Assembly: GCA_965645245.1 (NCBI GenBank)
Contig: OZ287085.1
Location: forward strand, 1-64,000
Direction: 5' to 3'
Length of the DNA stretch: 64,000 bases
DNA from: Massalongia carnosa
Lineage: Eukaryota
The position numbers and the translations under genes are program-made. Below are positions 1-13,160 of this stretch, one piece after another. Every line of letters begins with the position of its first letter. Positions within the stretch are counted from its first letter, which is position 1. The notes beneath the pieces are model-generated. The model saw nothing but the letters and a program-made list of their open reading frames with translations, did no database searches and had not been told where the DNA came from.

Positions 1-3000
1 GGCGCATTTTACATCGGCGCGACCTATTACACCCTGGACGGCGGGGCGCAGCAGACTTACTCGGCTCCCTTTACCGTCACGGGCGACGGCATTCACACGC
101 TCCTGTTCTGGAGCGTGGACAAGGCCGGAAACGCCGAAGCCGCCCATTCGCTGACGGTTAAGATTGACGGAACGGCCCCCACGCTTTCGTTCGGCGCAGC
201 CAGCCCGGCGGCGACCGGGGGCTGGAACAACGGCACGGTCAGCCTGCCCTATACGTCCGCCGATGCCACCTCTGGCGTGGCGTCAGCGTTGCCTGCGGGG
301 CCGCTTTCGTTCACCACAGAGGGCAAAGCACAGACCCAAACGATTACCGTCACCGACAACGCCGGAAACACTGCCGCCGTCGCCAGTCCCGCGATCAACA
401 TAGATTTGACTGCCCCGGTCACAACCGCCGCGCCGTCAGGGCCGAACGTCGCAGGCACCTATACCGGCCCCGCCACAGTCACCCTCACAGCGACGGATAA
501 TCTTTCTGGCATCGCCGCGACTTCGTACACCCTGGACGGGGGCGCACAACAAAATTATACGGTTCCCCTTGCTGTCATCGGTGACGGTTCGCACACCATC
601 ACCTATTGGAGCATAGATGCCGCCGGGAACACCGAAGCCGCGCACACACTGACGCTGACTATCAACACCACGCCGGCCACCACAACCCCCACATTGGCCG
701 GCACTCTTGGCAGCAACGGCTGGTATACAAGCCCGGTTCAGGTCACGCTCAACGCCGCTGATCCCAACGGCGCGGCGTATGTGGCAAATACGTTCTACAC
801 GGTTGACGGCGGAAGCAAGCAGACTTACTCCGCGCCGTTCACCATTTCCAGCGACGGGACGCACACGCTCACTTTTTGGAGCGTGGATCAGGCTGGAAAC
901 ACCGAAGCGGCTAACAGCCTAACTGTCAAGATTGACGGAACGGCTCCGACGCTCACGTTCGGCGCATCCACCCCGGCGGCCAACACGGCAGGCTGGAACA
1001 ACGCGGCGGTCAGCCTGCCCTACACGCCCGCCGACGCCACGTCCGGCGTGGCTACGGCAACACCGGCCGGCCCGTTGACATTCGCAACCGAAGGGGCAAG
1101 CCAGACGCAGACGGTCACCGTCACCGACAACGCCGGGAACACAACAACACTGGCTTCGCCGCCGGTCAACCTTGACCTTACCGCGCCCGTGACGACTGCC
1201 GCGCCGTCGGGGCCGAATGTCTCCGGCACCTACACTGGCCCTGTCATAGTCACACTCGCAGCGACGGACAATCTCTCCGGCGTGGCTGTTACCAATTACA
1301 CGCTGGACGGCGGCAGTTCGCAGGCTTACTCGGCTCCGTTCACGATCACCGGCGACGGCAGCCACACGGTCACTTACAACAGCACAGATGCCGCAGGCAA
1401 CATTGAAGCCGCGCACACACTGACGCTGACCATCAACACCACGCCGGCCACCACAACCCCCACATTGGCCGGCACCCTCGGCAACAACGGCTGGTACACA
1501 AGCCCGGTTCAGGTCACGCTCAACGCCGCTGATCCCAACGGCGCGGCGTATGTCGCCAGCACCTATTACACCACTGACGGCGGCAGCAGACAGACTTACA
1601 CGGTTCCCGTCACCGTTTCCGGTGACGGCGTTCACACGCTCACTTTTTGGAGCGTGGATCAGGCCGGAAACACGGAAGCCGCTAACAGCCAGGCGATTAA
1701 GATTGACGGAACGGCTCCGACGCTTACCTTCGGCACGGCCTCGCCCGCTGCCAACGCTTCGGGCTGGAACAACGCAACAGTCAGTTTGCCCTACACGCCC
1801 GCCGATGCTACCTCTGGCGTCGCTTCGGCCACACCCTCTGGCCCACTCTCGTTCTCCAACGAAGGGGCAGGCCAGACGCAGAGCGTGACCGTCACCGACA
1901 CCGCCGGGAACGCGGCGACGTTTACCAGCCCCGCTGTCAACCTTGACCTCACCGCGCCCGTGACGACTGCCGCGCCGTCGGGGCCGAATGTCTCCGGCAC
2001 CTACACTGGCCCTGTCATAGTCACACTCGCAGCGACGGACAATCTCTCTGGCGTGGCTGTTACCAATTACACGCTGGACGGCGGCAGTTCGCAGGCTTAC
2101 ACGGCTCCGGTCACGGTTTCCGGCAATGGCCTGCACACGGTCACTTATTGGAGCGCAGATGCAGCCGGGAATGTGGAAGCGGCGCACACGCTGACGCTGA
2201 CGATCAACACGACACCACCCACCACTACGGCCGCACTCTCCGGCACTGTCGGCAATAACGGCTGGTACAAGTCAACCGTCAAAGTCACGCTCACCGCCGC
2301 CGATCCCAATGGGGCCGGGTATGTCGCCGCCACTTATTACACCCTGGACGGCAGCATTCAGCATACTTATTCTGCGCCGTTCACTGTTTCCGGCAGCAGT
2401 GCCGGTCATGTTGTGATTTTTTGGAGCGTAGACCAAGCCGGCAACACCGAAGCCGTCAACAGTCTGACCGTCAAAATAGACGCCGCCATGCCGACCGTCT
2501 CATTCGGCGCGGCCTCGCCTGCGGCCAATGCCGCCGGGTGGAACAACGCGACAGTCAGCCTGCCCTACGCGCCTGCCGATGCCCTGTCCGGCGTCGCTTC
2601 GGCCACACCCTCCGGCCCGCTGACATTCAGCGCTGAGGGCAAAAGCCAGAAGCAAACGCTCACTGTCACCGACAATGCCGGAAACACGGCGACCGTCACC
2701 AGTCCCGCCGTCAGCATTGACTTGACGCCTCCCGTGACGACCAAAATCCTCTCCGGGCCGAACGTCTCAGGCATCTACACCGGCAGCGTCACTGTTTCGC
2801 TTTCCGCAACGGATAGCCTTTCCGGCATCGCCGCGACTTCCTATGCTCTGGACGGTGGCAGTTCGCAGACTTACACTGCGCCGTTCACGGTTTCCGGCAG
2901 CGGCTTGCACACGGTCACTTACGGGAGCGTAGACAAAGCTGGAAACGCAGAAGCCGCGCACACGCTGACCTTCACGATTAACATGGCCCCGCCGACGACC

Positions 3001-4701
3001 ACGTCTGCCCTTTCCGGCACTGTCGGCAATAACGGCTGGTACAAGTCAACCGTCAAAGTCACGCTCACCGCCGCCGATCCCAATGGGGTCGGGTATGTCG
3101 CCGCCACTTATTACACGGTAGACGGCGGCAGCAAGCAGACCTACTCCGCGCCGTTCACCGTCTCCAGCAACAGCATTCATGCCGTTACTTTCTGGAGCGT
3201 GGATAAGGCCGGAAACACGGAAGCCGCTAACAGTCTGACGGTCAAGATTGATGGAACGGCTCCGACGCTTACCTTTGGCCCGGCCTCGCCTGCCGCTAAT
3301 GCCGCCGGGTGGAACAACGCAACAGTCAGTTTGCCCTACACACCCGCCGATGCCACCTCTGGCGTCGCTTCGGCCACACCCTCCGGCCCACTCTCGTTCT
3401 CCAACGAAGGGGCAGGCCAGACGCAGAGCGTGACCGTCACCGACACCGCCGGGAACGCGGCGACGTTTACCAGCCCCGCTGTCAGCATTGACCTCACCGC
3501 ACCCGTCACAACGGCTACGACCGCCGGGGCGCAGGTATCGCTCGCGGCCACCGACACCCTTTCCGGCGTGGCTTCCAAATTCTTCACTGTGGACGGTGGC
3601 GCGAAAACCACTTACACTGCGCCGTTTACGGTCAGCGGCGCGGGGACGCACACAGTCGCTTATTGGAGCGCGGACAAGGCCGGCAACACGGAAACCGCGC
3701 ATTCGCTCTCGCTGACCCTCAACCCGGCCCCAACCGTGACCAGCCTCAGCCCGTCCACAGCGTTCGCCGGGGCCGCCGGCTTTACCCTGACAGTCACCGG
3801 AACCAGCTTTGTGGCTGGCACGACTGTCAACTGGAACGGATCGCCGCTCCCCACCACGTTTGTCAGCAGCACTCAGATCACGGCGGCGGTGACGGCCAGC
3901 CTGGTCGCCAGCGCCGGCACAGCAACGGTCACGGCAGCGACGCCGGGGCCGGGCGGCGGCACTTCGGCCTCCAAGACGTTCACGGTCGTCAATGCCGCCC
4001 TGAGCAGCCTGAGCCTGTCGCCTACGTCAATTGTCTGGGGAACGCCTGTCATCGGCAAAGTCACGCTGAACGCGCCGGCACCTGCCGGGGGCATCGTCGT
4101 CACGCTCACCAGCAGCGCTGTCGCCGCGACCGTGCCAGCGACAGTCACCGTCAGCGCCGGACAAACCTCGGCAACATTCGCCATCGGCACGACCAGCGTT
4201 GCCGCGTCCACGCCGGTGACGCTGACGGCGCAGAATTTGAGCGTCACTAAGACAGCGACCCTGACGGTCAAGCCGGATGCCGCCCCGCTCTACATCAATG
4301 CGGGAGGAACGGCGGCCACGCCATTCCTCGCAGACAACGGCGCGTCCGGGGGAACCGTATTCAAAACGACCCAAACGATCAGCACCGCCGGAGTGAGCAA
4401 CCCCGCGCCGATGGCCGTTTACCAGTCGCAGCGGACGGGGAACTTCACCTACACGCTGTCCGGCCTTTCGCCGGGCGCGAGCTACACGTTGCGCCTGCAT
4501 TTTGCGGAACTGACCTACACTGCCGCCGGGAGCCGCCTGTTCGGCGTAACCGTCAACGGCGTTTCCGTGCTGAACCAGTACGACGTATTCGCCGCCGCAG
4601 GCGGGCGATATAAAGCAGTCATCAGCCAATTTGCCGTGAATGCCAATGCCGGCGGCCAGGTCGTCATCCAGATGGTGAATGGGAGCGCAGGGACGGCAAT
4701 T
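1..4701 (+). CDS. Partial bacterial-type giant secreted/surface protein: tandem Ig-like (OmpL47-type beta-sandwich) repeats, IPT/TIG domain and C-terminal malectin-like domain, truncated by telomere repeats
   Basis: Frame 1 is open from base 1. GC-rich, no introns. A ~257-aa module recurs every 771-774 nt (GWY.S.V.VTL, TYYTLDGG, WSVD.AGN.E, ATD.LSGVA). IPT/TIG-like PTVTSLSPS..AG...FTLTVTGTSF; malectin-like YINAGG...VYQSQR...YTLRLHFAE...RLF.V.VNG. The final (TL)n of the ORF track is translated telomere. Confidence 0.85.
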
Positions 4702-4855
4702 CTAACCCTAACCCTAACCCTAACCCTAACCCTAACCCTAACCCTAACCCTAACCCTAACCCTAACCCTAACCCTAACCCTAACCCTAACCCTAACCCTA
4801 ACCCTAACCCTAACCCTAACCCTAACCCTAACCCTAACCCTAACCCTAACCCTAA
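4702..4855 (+). repeat. Telomeric repeat tract (CCCTAA)25, i.e. TTAGGG telomere of a left chromosome end
   Basis: CTAA plus 25 perfect CCCTAA units, with the C-rich strand on + as expected at a chromosome start. Confidence 0.97.
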
Positions 4856-6010
4856 GTTCTTAGCTCATTTCGCAAGCTTCCAGAGACCATCTGGAGTGCT
4901 AGTGGCCTCCTCTACCCTGTCCCTATGTGTTGTCTTGAGAGCTTTTTGTACGATTTTGTTTTTGCTGTTTCTCGCCTCTCGCTAGGCTTCCCAGTCTTCC
5001 AGAGAGCGCGTTTCCTTATGCTTGCACCTGAGACGTCTGCATAGGGTGACTGCCTCTTTGCATTCCGGGGTAAAGCCAGGTTTTGAATGATTGCACCCTC
5101 TAGAAGGTGGGACTGCTGTCTCCACTGCGTGCTGGATAGCTTCAACTAACTCATGGGCCAATTTGTCGGGTTCTTGAACTGCGCTCACGCTCCTAGGTGC
5201 CTTGAGCTTGTCTGTCATCGTGTCTAGTAGCATTTTCCTATCAGTCTTAGACCACATGCGAGAGGACCTTATGGCCCTCTTAACTGTGGTGATATCGAAC
5301 GCTGTGCCAATGGGGTAGTGATCTGAGTCACAATCCAACTCTCTTCTCACATCGCACATGAGTACGGCTGAAGCCACTGCGGGGGTTGCGAACGTTAAGT
5401 CTATCGTACTCTGTGCTGATCTATGATCGTATGTTATGGTGCCAGGGGGGAGCAGAACTTCTAGCTCGCTTTGATCGAGAATCTCCAGTAGTTGGTCTGC
5501 CTCCGGATGTTGATGATGGTAGTCTTCGCCAGTCTATAGGGGATGGTGAAGATTGAAGTCCCCTACCACTATGTGTTCTCCCTCCACCTCTAGCGCCTTG
5601 CTTAGGTCTGGCAAGGTGTTGTAGTTTCCCTGAGAGGGGGAGGGATTGTAGATGTTATGGATATTGATGACTCGCTGGGTTTCGCCAGGAAATTCCAAGT
5701 GCAAAGTCATCAGATCGGGAGAGTGGAAGGTTACCTTCCAAGAGGCGCTTGCTATGTCTTTGTTGACGAATATGCATACTCTCGGAGGGAGCTCTTGTTC
5801 TCCTGTTTCGGGGGGATAGAGAAGGTGGAAAACATTTTTGACCGGATTGTGCGTGGTGTGTTGATAGGGGTTCCCCGCCCAGGGTTCCTGGATGGCCAGG
5901 ATGCCGTATTTCATGGTTTCCTCCCTGCGAAGGAAGTCCGCCATGACAGTGTTCTTGGATTTATTGCAGTTGTACTGAAGTATGGACAGATAGTGGGTGT
6001 ATTCACTCAT
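4856..6010 (-). pseudogene. LINE ORF2 N-terminus (APE/exo-endo-phosphatase endonuclease), in-frame stops, truncated
   Basis: Motifs ILQYN, AIQEPW, HNIYNP, GDFNLHHPL*, SDHYPI, GLWKLAK*AKN in one frame, with stops at 5534, 4982 and ~4865. Confidence 0.88.
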
Positions 6011-7701
6011 AGTTCCTCTTCTGTATGAGTACTGGGCTGCAAGCGACGGGTTGCCGATCTGGTGGTCATTGAAGAACTATCGTCGTTCTCCTTATCGCTC
6101 AAGACTTCCACAGCCTTCGAGGAGGGTTTCTTCTTTCCCTTCTTAGAAGCTGCTTGTGCCATGCTCCTGTTGGTAGAACTGGGGTTGTCTGCCAGGGGCT
6201 CTACCTTCCCATGCGCCCGCTTCTTCCCCTTGCGGAGAGTTGGCACGGTTTGCCAATCTTTCTCTCGTACAGAGCCCGTTCGAGGGCCCTGTTCCACCTG
6301 GGTTGAGGCTGGGGTCACCTCACTGCTTGTCGTGACCGTCGGCGTGGTCGATGCCGGCGGACTGCTCCGTTCTTGTTCCTGACCATTTAGGGTCTCCCTT
6401 GAGGAGGCCCTGAGAGGCCAGAAGGGGAGAGCTTCTTCTTTGGCCCGCTTCATTCGGGCCTTTTCCTTCTTTCGCTCCGGGCAAGACTCTGCGCTTGCCC
6501 CGTGGCCCTCCTTGCCACACGCATTGCATTTGATAGTGACCGATTTGCAATCGGTCATGTGGTGACTTTCGGAACATTTGAAGCATGCTTGATGCTTCTG
6601 TCGGCAAGCATGGCTCGTGTGACCATACTTACCGCACCGGAAACATTGGCTAAGCCTGGCCTCCGGAACATGTCTTTCCACCGCGAAAGATCTCCCATCC
6701 AAATATAGCTGCGAGGCGAAAATGATATTGCAGTCTAATTCGTTCTCAAAGTATACCACCATGGATCTAGCTGTGGCTCCTGCCTTACTCGTGCGGGACA
6801 ACCCTTCTACTCCTGTTACCCTATTCCTAACGGGCATATGTGACTTATTTTCCTCCCAGAGGCGTTCCTTGATGTCTGTCATGCTTAGATTAGCCGGTAC
6901 AAAGTGCGCGATTTAGCCGAAGCTTGGCTGTATTATAGTAGCTTTGCTCGATAGCCTGATGGCCCATCGGGTGTCTTTTCTTAGGCGTTCCGTGTCTGAG
7001 GCGTTGTTGACTATTACCTGTAGGTCTCCGCTAGGGGGGACCCTTGCTGCTATTGCTACTGCTGCCCTGGCTGTGCCATTGGAAATAGGGGGGGCGGTAG
7101 CGTTTTGATTGGTCGGAATTCTCGTGTTGTTATGATCCTTTAACGCGTTAGATATTGCCGCGTTGAATCTGTCTTTGAGCGCTGAGGAGGCCAGTTTGGC
7201 CAGATCCTTTGCTATGGCTTCGTTGTTCAGTTTGACGACGATTTCACGAGCTTTCTCTTCTAGTATAGGAGCGGGTATGGACGTCCCCGAAAGCGTAGAG
7301 ATCGTTGGGGCCGAGGCAGCAAACGCTGCCCGTTCTGCCCAGGTTATCGTCCTCTTGTAGCCAGTAGTGGCCGCGGAGGAGGTAGTGGGTGTTGTGCGGG
7401 CGGTGTCTTGCTTGCGCTCGACATAGGTGACTTTAGTGAGCGTTTGCTCTGTAGTGTTCTTTATTTGGTTGATGGTAGCTTGGAGCTGATCCATTGTGGG
7501 CTGGTTGCGCATCTTCTCCAGTAGGCTGAGCATACTGGAGAGTAACGGGGTGTAAGACTGAACCTTCATAGGTCTTTGCTTCTGATATGCCTCGCAGTTA
7601 GTTAAGTTATTAAGCACATTGGTGAGGAAGTGACGATGCTCGTCTAGTGATTCGGGGGGGGCGTCGTTGGGCACGACAAAAGAGCTCCCCATGGTTGCCA
7701 C
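6007..7701 (-). pseudogene. LINE ORF1 (gag-like nucleic-acid-binding protein) with one in-frame stop at 6913-6915
   Basis: ORFs 6913..7701 and 6007..6882 share a frame (SFG*IAHFVP). Knuckles CFRCGKYGHTSHAC, CFKCSESHHMTDC, CNACGKEGH..C. Confidence 0.85.
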
Positions 7702-7835
7702 AATGCAGCCACAACAGAAGGGACGATATAACTTTCGGCCAAGATAGCTACAGAGTCGGGGAGCAATTCTACGTGATCACTATGACTATTGAGGGCTTGT
7801 ATGGGTAACGAAGGCAATTTCTAGTCCTAGCTAAA

Positions 7836-10800
7836 AAGTGCGAAAGTTGTTGCCTTGCTCGACGAAGCTAGGAGAATCGAAGATCGACGCAAGGATGTCG
7901 CTCACTACTTTCCTCGGCCAGAGAAGTCTGGTCCGTCAAAGAACTCTGGTCGCGAAGGCAAGTCCTCGAGTGGACAAACCTCCATTTCCGATTCTCGTCA
8001 ATCGAGTGCAAAAGAGAAGAAGTCGGGTGATCATCCAAACTCCAAGTTCAGCGCCACGATAGTCAAACCCGCTGGTTGGATAGGGGTTTGGTACGATCCT
8101 GACCCCAACCCCAAAAAGTTGGAGAAAGAAGAGCGAGATACACTGTCGCGTCAGGGACGCTGTTGGGCATGTCGGGGGTCAGGTCATCGAGGAAACGACT
8201 CGATCTGCCCTCAATTTAAAGAAAAAAAGCTTAACACTACAAGAATTGTTGAGATAGACTCTGACTCCGAGTCGGGAAAAGCTTAGTCCTTGATCAAAAT
8301 CGCGATCAAGGACGTCTTAAGAAAGATATCATTTGTGAAATTGGTAGCGCTGAAATGAAGACAGTAAGGGTCTCTAGTTGTGCTGTTCTCGATACTGAAA
8401 AGAAGATCGAGGGCAAGCATCTCGTATTTAAAACTAGCATAGCTGGAATTAAGACTCGTCTACTTGTTGATAATGGAAGTGAGGCTGAGCTCATTGATGA
8501 ATCCTTCGCGCGTGTAAATAAACTGAACACCTCTAAATTAGAAACGGGGGTTAAACTGACCCTTGGAAACGGAGAGGTTGCTCAACTTCTCACGAGGACC
8601 GCCCTAGTCGACGTTAAAATCGGGGATCATCAAGAACAAGTCCTTTGCTATGTAGCAAAACTGGACGTGTACGCGATTATTCTAGGAGATGGGTGGCTAC
8701 AAACTCACAACCCCAGCATTGACAGGAAAGAGCGAATTATGAAGTTTAACTCTGCCGATTGCTTGGAAATGGGATGCCTTTCGCGTGGAATAACCTGCAC
8801 CGAATTTGCTGTCGGAAATAGGGCAAAGAATAGGATCGGAACAAAAGACGATATCGAAGTCCTTCCGGTCAATGCGAAACATTTATTTCGGATGGTTAGG
8901 AAGAAAGATCACGAGGGATACTTATGGACTCCCCGAGAATATAAGACCTTCTGTGCCACAACCACTGGGGCCGTCACCTCAAAGTATTATGACAAATTTA
9001 TGAAAGGCAAACCCGAGTACTCCCGCGAAGAATTGTTGAAGAAAACCCCCTCAGAGTATCATAGCATGATAGAAGTCTTTATGAAGCATAAAGCAGACGA
9101 ACTACCGGAACATCGTAAGGAGGATCACGAGATCAACCTCATGGACGGAAAAGAACCCCCTTATGTCAGGAACTATAAGCCTATGTCAGAACAGGAGTTG
9201 GAAGCTGTCAAGAAGTATATTGACGATCATATGGGAAAGGGATTCATTCGTCCTAGTTCGTCGGCAGCAGCAGCTCCAGTCCTTCTAGTTCGAAAACCAG
9301 GTGGTGGACTGAGATTTTGTGTGGACTATCGAGCCTTGAATCCCATCACAGTAAAGAATCGATATCCTATTCCCCTAATTAATGAGACGCTCGGAAAACT
9401 CTCGCAGGCAAAACGCTTCACGAAACTAGACGTTATTACGGCATTCAATCGTCTTCGAGTAATAGAAGGACATGAATTGCTTACCCCTTTTACCACAAGA
9501 TATGGCCAGTTCGAATATCTGGTCATGCCTTTCGGTTTATGCAATGCTCCAGGGACTTTTCAGAGTTATATAAATAATTCTGTTCGGGAATATTTAGACG
9601 TCTTTTGTACTGCTTATCTGGATGACGTCTTGATCTACAGTGATAATGAGGAAGAACATTCATATCACGTCTTGAAGGTTCTTAAACGCTTGGGGGAACG
9701 AGGACTCCAAGTTGACATTGACAAATGTGAATTCTCGGTGACTAAAGTAAAATACCTCGGACTTATAGTCACCACTGAAGGAATAAAAATGGATTCCGAG
9801 AAGATTGAAGCGCTTTTGAAATGGGAAACTCCGGAGTCCGTGAAGGACGTGCAAGCTTTTCTAGGCTTTGCAAATTTCTATCGACGACGACTCATATCAA
9901 AGTTTTCTCAGCGTACAAGGTCTCTGACGGAATTAACAAAAGGGGAACAAATAACGACCAAGTCGGGGAAGAAGAGAACCCGATATAACATGTTCATCTG
10001 GACCGAAGATTGTAAAAAAGCTTTCGAAGATTTGAAAGAGGCCTTCACTACTGCATCAGTGTTAGCGCACTACGATCCTTCTCTAGAGACATGGATAGAA
10101 ACAGACTCTTCGGATTTCGTTACTGCCGGAGTCTTATCTCAGATGCATGACGGAGTGCTCAGACCTGTAGCATATTTCTCCAAGAAGATGACATCGGCCG
10201 AATGTAATTACATGATATATGATAAGGAACTCCTCGCTATCATAAAGAGCTTCGAGGTCTGGCGGCCCGAGGCAGCAAGTGCTGCGCCTGACTAGCCAAT
10301 TAAAGTTTATACTGATCATAAAAACTTGGAACACTTTATGACGACAAAGCAACTGAACTACAGAATGGCCCGATGGGCTGATTTCCTTTCGGAGTTCAAT
10401 TTCAAAATCATGTATCGACCGGGCAGACAAGGCGAAAAGCCGGACACACTTACTCGACGTTCTCAAGATCTTCCAAAAGGGTTTTATGACTCTCGACAGC
10501 AACATCAATTCCAGACATTGCTACAGGAGCATCAACTGGACGATGACGTAAAGAAGGCTTTATCAGTGATCTTCTGTGCTAACACAAGAACAAATGACAC
10601 TGACGAAGAAGCTGAGGAACCTCAGGACATCGAGGACGATGAAGAGGCTCAGATTCAGATTTTAAATGAAAATCCGGTGAAAGAACTAGGCGAAAATTCG
10701 GAAGAAGATCCATCAGCGAAAGCTCTAGAAGAACTAATTGAAGAAGCTTATGAAAAAGATGAAGTAGTTCAAGACATAATCGCTGCCAAAACACGAGAAC

Positions 10801-11469
10801 TTCGCAAGCTTCCATCGCATCTTATAAAGAAAGGGATCAATTTAGCCATGGAGATCTCAAAGTGAAAGATGAAAGACTATAAGTCAAAGAAAGGCTGTAT
10901 GTCCCAGATCATGAACCCCTTCAATTATGCCTGTTGCAGTAACATCACGAACCTTCTCAGCAAGGATACCCGGGATATAAAAGCATGTATCAGTCACTGA
11001 GGGAAAACTACTTCTGGTTCGACATGAAGGATCACTGCAAAAGATACGCAGTGAACTGCTCCATTTGTCGAAGGTCAAAATCATACAATGTCAAGAAACA
11101 GGGCTTACTGAATCCTCTACCCATACCGAACAGAAAATGAACAGACGGCTCTTTAGATTTTGTGGAGTTTTTGCGGGAATGTCGGCGAAGGAATAGAGTG
11201 TATCAACACATATTAGTGATAGTAGACCGTCTAACCAAAAGACGTTTATACGAACCGCTTACGTCACTCTCCACCGACGAATTAATGGACGCCATGTCTC
11301 GACGACTCTTCTCCTCGTATGGCATTCCATTGTCAACGGTAAACGATCGAGGCAGTCAGCTGACTGCTCATCTGTGGAAAAGAATTTGTGAAAGATACGC
11401 AGTAAAGATAAAGCTCTCTTCAGCGCATCATCCAGAAACGGATGTCCAAACTGAGAATGCAAATAAAGC
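7836..11469 (+). mobile_element. Ty3/Gypsy LTR-retrotransposon internal fragment (gag end, protease, RT, RNase H, partial integrase), decayed, no LTRs seen
   Basis: Gag knuckle CWACRGSGHRGNDSIC; protease LVDNGS; RT LRFCVDYRALN...MPFGL...YLDD; RNase H ETDSS...YDKELLAI; integrase VIVDRLTK...HHPETD. Stop at 10293, frameshifts from ~10850. Candidate -1 slippery site GGGAAAA at 8274-8280. Confidence 0.93.
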
Positions 11470-12345
11470 TACCTTCGTAATAGAAAGATCTCCATCGGCC
11501 TGTTTCCAGGCAAAAAAGGCTTACTGTAATCGTTGTTGATAGGTGGAGGTGGGCATGGAGGTCTTGTGGGAGGTGGTTTTTTTACCTACACTCATGATTA
11601 TAAAGTTTCAAAACGATGAATATAATCTACTGTGATTTCTGAAGCTGAATTTGGATGTAAAATGTATGTAATGAAGGCTTCATCATCTAGAGTCGTCAAA
11701 AAGTGATGATTTCGGAATTACTTAGTCCCGTTGCCCAGTGAGTTACGTTAATTGGTAGGCGTCCGACTTCCAACGTCCTAGCAACTTGATTTTGTCCTCG
11801 CTCGGGCCAGCGTTTTTCGCGGAAGTGGCGGCGCCTCTGCGAAAGGAGTGACCTGAATAATTTCCTTGATATCCCTTCTCTTTTAAGACGTCTCGTAATG
11901 CTTTCGTGACGAAATTCCGCGTGAAGGCCTTTTTTGGATAGAATTATGGTTGAGTGAGATCTGTGGGAAAGCGTTCGGTCAGATTTCTCAATGATCGAAC
12001 TAGGCAGGCTTGGTCGTTGACGGCCGCTATTGTGACAGTGATACCTTGTCGGAAGGGGTCCGTCTTGGAGGCGGGGAGAGTCAGTTGTAATCCGTCCTCA
12101 CTCAGTAATAATAAACCTCTGGTTATGTGCCATTGGGCAAAGTCGTCTTCCCACATGTTTTCTTCCCATGTGAATTCTTCGTTACGTAAAAGGCCGCAAA
12201 GGTTAAACAGAAGGCCGCGTGCAATGTCGCTCTTCTTAAGGAATTTGGTCAAAAGTATTGACGATTTATTTTAGGATGGACCGGGTTATAGGTCGACGTT
12301 CTCGTGACTAGACAGCGGGGCGGAGCCGGCGTATGCCTGCTACGA
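11470..12345 (-). mobile_element. 3' remnant of a tyrosine-recombinase (DIRS/Ngaro-type) retroelement
   Basis: Minus strand reads LR.EEF, SKTDPFRQG, YSGHSFRRGAATSA and IKLLGRWKSD. Ends in CGAAGGTA, the same terminus as the element ending at 38354. Confidence 0.8.
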
Positions 12346-12460
12346 TTCTTGATGAATAGTAAAATTCACGTGTAGGTATAATAGCATGATTGTCATTGAA
12401 GGTAATTATCTATGTTGGCTATCTATCTGCTTTTATAGCAGTCACATAACAGTAATGCTG

Positions 12461-12570
12461 TAGGCTTCCTATAGCTGCTGTTAGGCACTTCCATAGCTGC
12501 CTGTTAGGCACCTCCATAGCTGCCTGCTAGGCACCTCCATAACTGCCTATTAGGCACCTCTTATAGATGC
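12461..12570. repeat. Short minisatellite (~22-bp units TAGGCACCTCCATAGCTGCCTG)
   Basis: About five degenerate tandem copies are visible. Confidence 0.7.
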
Positions 12571-13160
12571 CTGGCAAGCACCCGTGGGACTTACGATTGA
12601 TGCCTATACTCGTATTCACCCCCATTTGCAACACGCTAGTTAGTAAGCACCCTACCAAAATCCGAAAAACCTTTACCTTTCAGCTTCGCATGCCACCCAA
12701 ATTGCTAGTAATTGCAAGCCAACTGATGAACTTGGTTCGGAATAATCTGAAGATTTATTGACCTCAATTATATCCCGATCGCTGCATCAAAAAAACTGGA
12801 ATTGAGTTTTGTATGTACGTTTAAACCTCATATTTTCACTCCCCCTCCTTTTCCACCCCACTTTCCAGCTGTCTGACAACAGCAGACCGTCCTAACAACT
12901 TTCCCTTGACCAACCGATGTCCTCTAATCAACGAGGTCTTCCAGTTTGAGCTTCGAAAAAGCGATACTGTTGATCAAGAAGGCGTTGCTTGTGTTGGATC
13001 GGAGGGAGTTTTTTTAAGATGGGTCCTGAAGTCCCATCAACATTATTTGACAGATAAACTCTGGGCAAATGAACATGTGAAAGGACTGTTTATACGTACA
13101 GAGATATTTTTATTGGCTAGGAGGAGGAGGATCATGCGTACGAGGCGAGTTTCTAGTTCT

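Larger units (their letters stand above)
4856..7780 (-). mobile_element. Tad1-like LINE (non-LTR retrotransposon), 5' portion, truncated by the telomere before the RT domain
   Basis: Gag-like ORF1 with three zinc knuckles followed by an APE endonuclease ORF2; the two overlap as ATGA at 6007-6010. The 5' boundary is approximate. Confidence 0.88.

Noticed and set aside
164..4629. Many alternative-frame and antisense ORFs over the bacterial gene
   Set aside because: Shadow ORFs expected from GC-rich repetitive coding sequence.
4702..4863. Poly-(Thr-Leu) C-terminal tail of the 1582-aa ORF
   Set aside because: It is translated telomere repeat, not part of the protein.
4856..7780. Telomere-targeted retrotransposon (MoTeR-like)
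   Set aside because: It has an APE endonuclease and is cut mid-ORF2 at the telomere rather than joined by an intact terminus.
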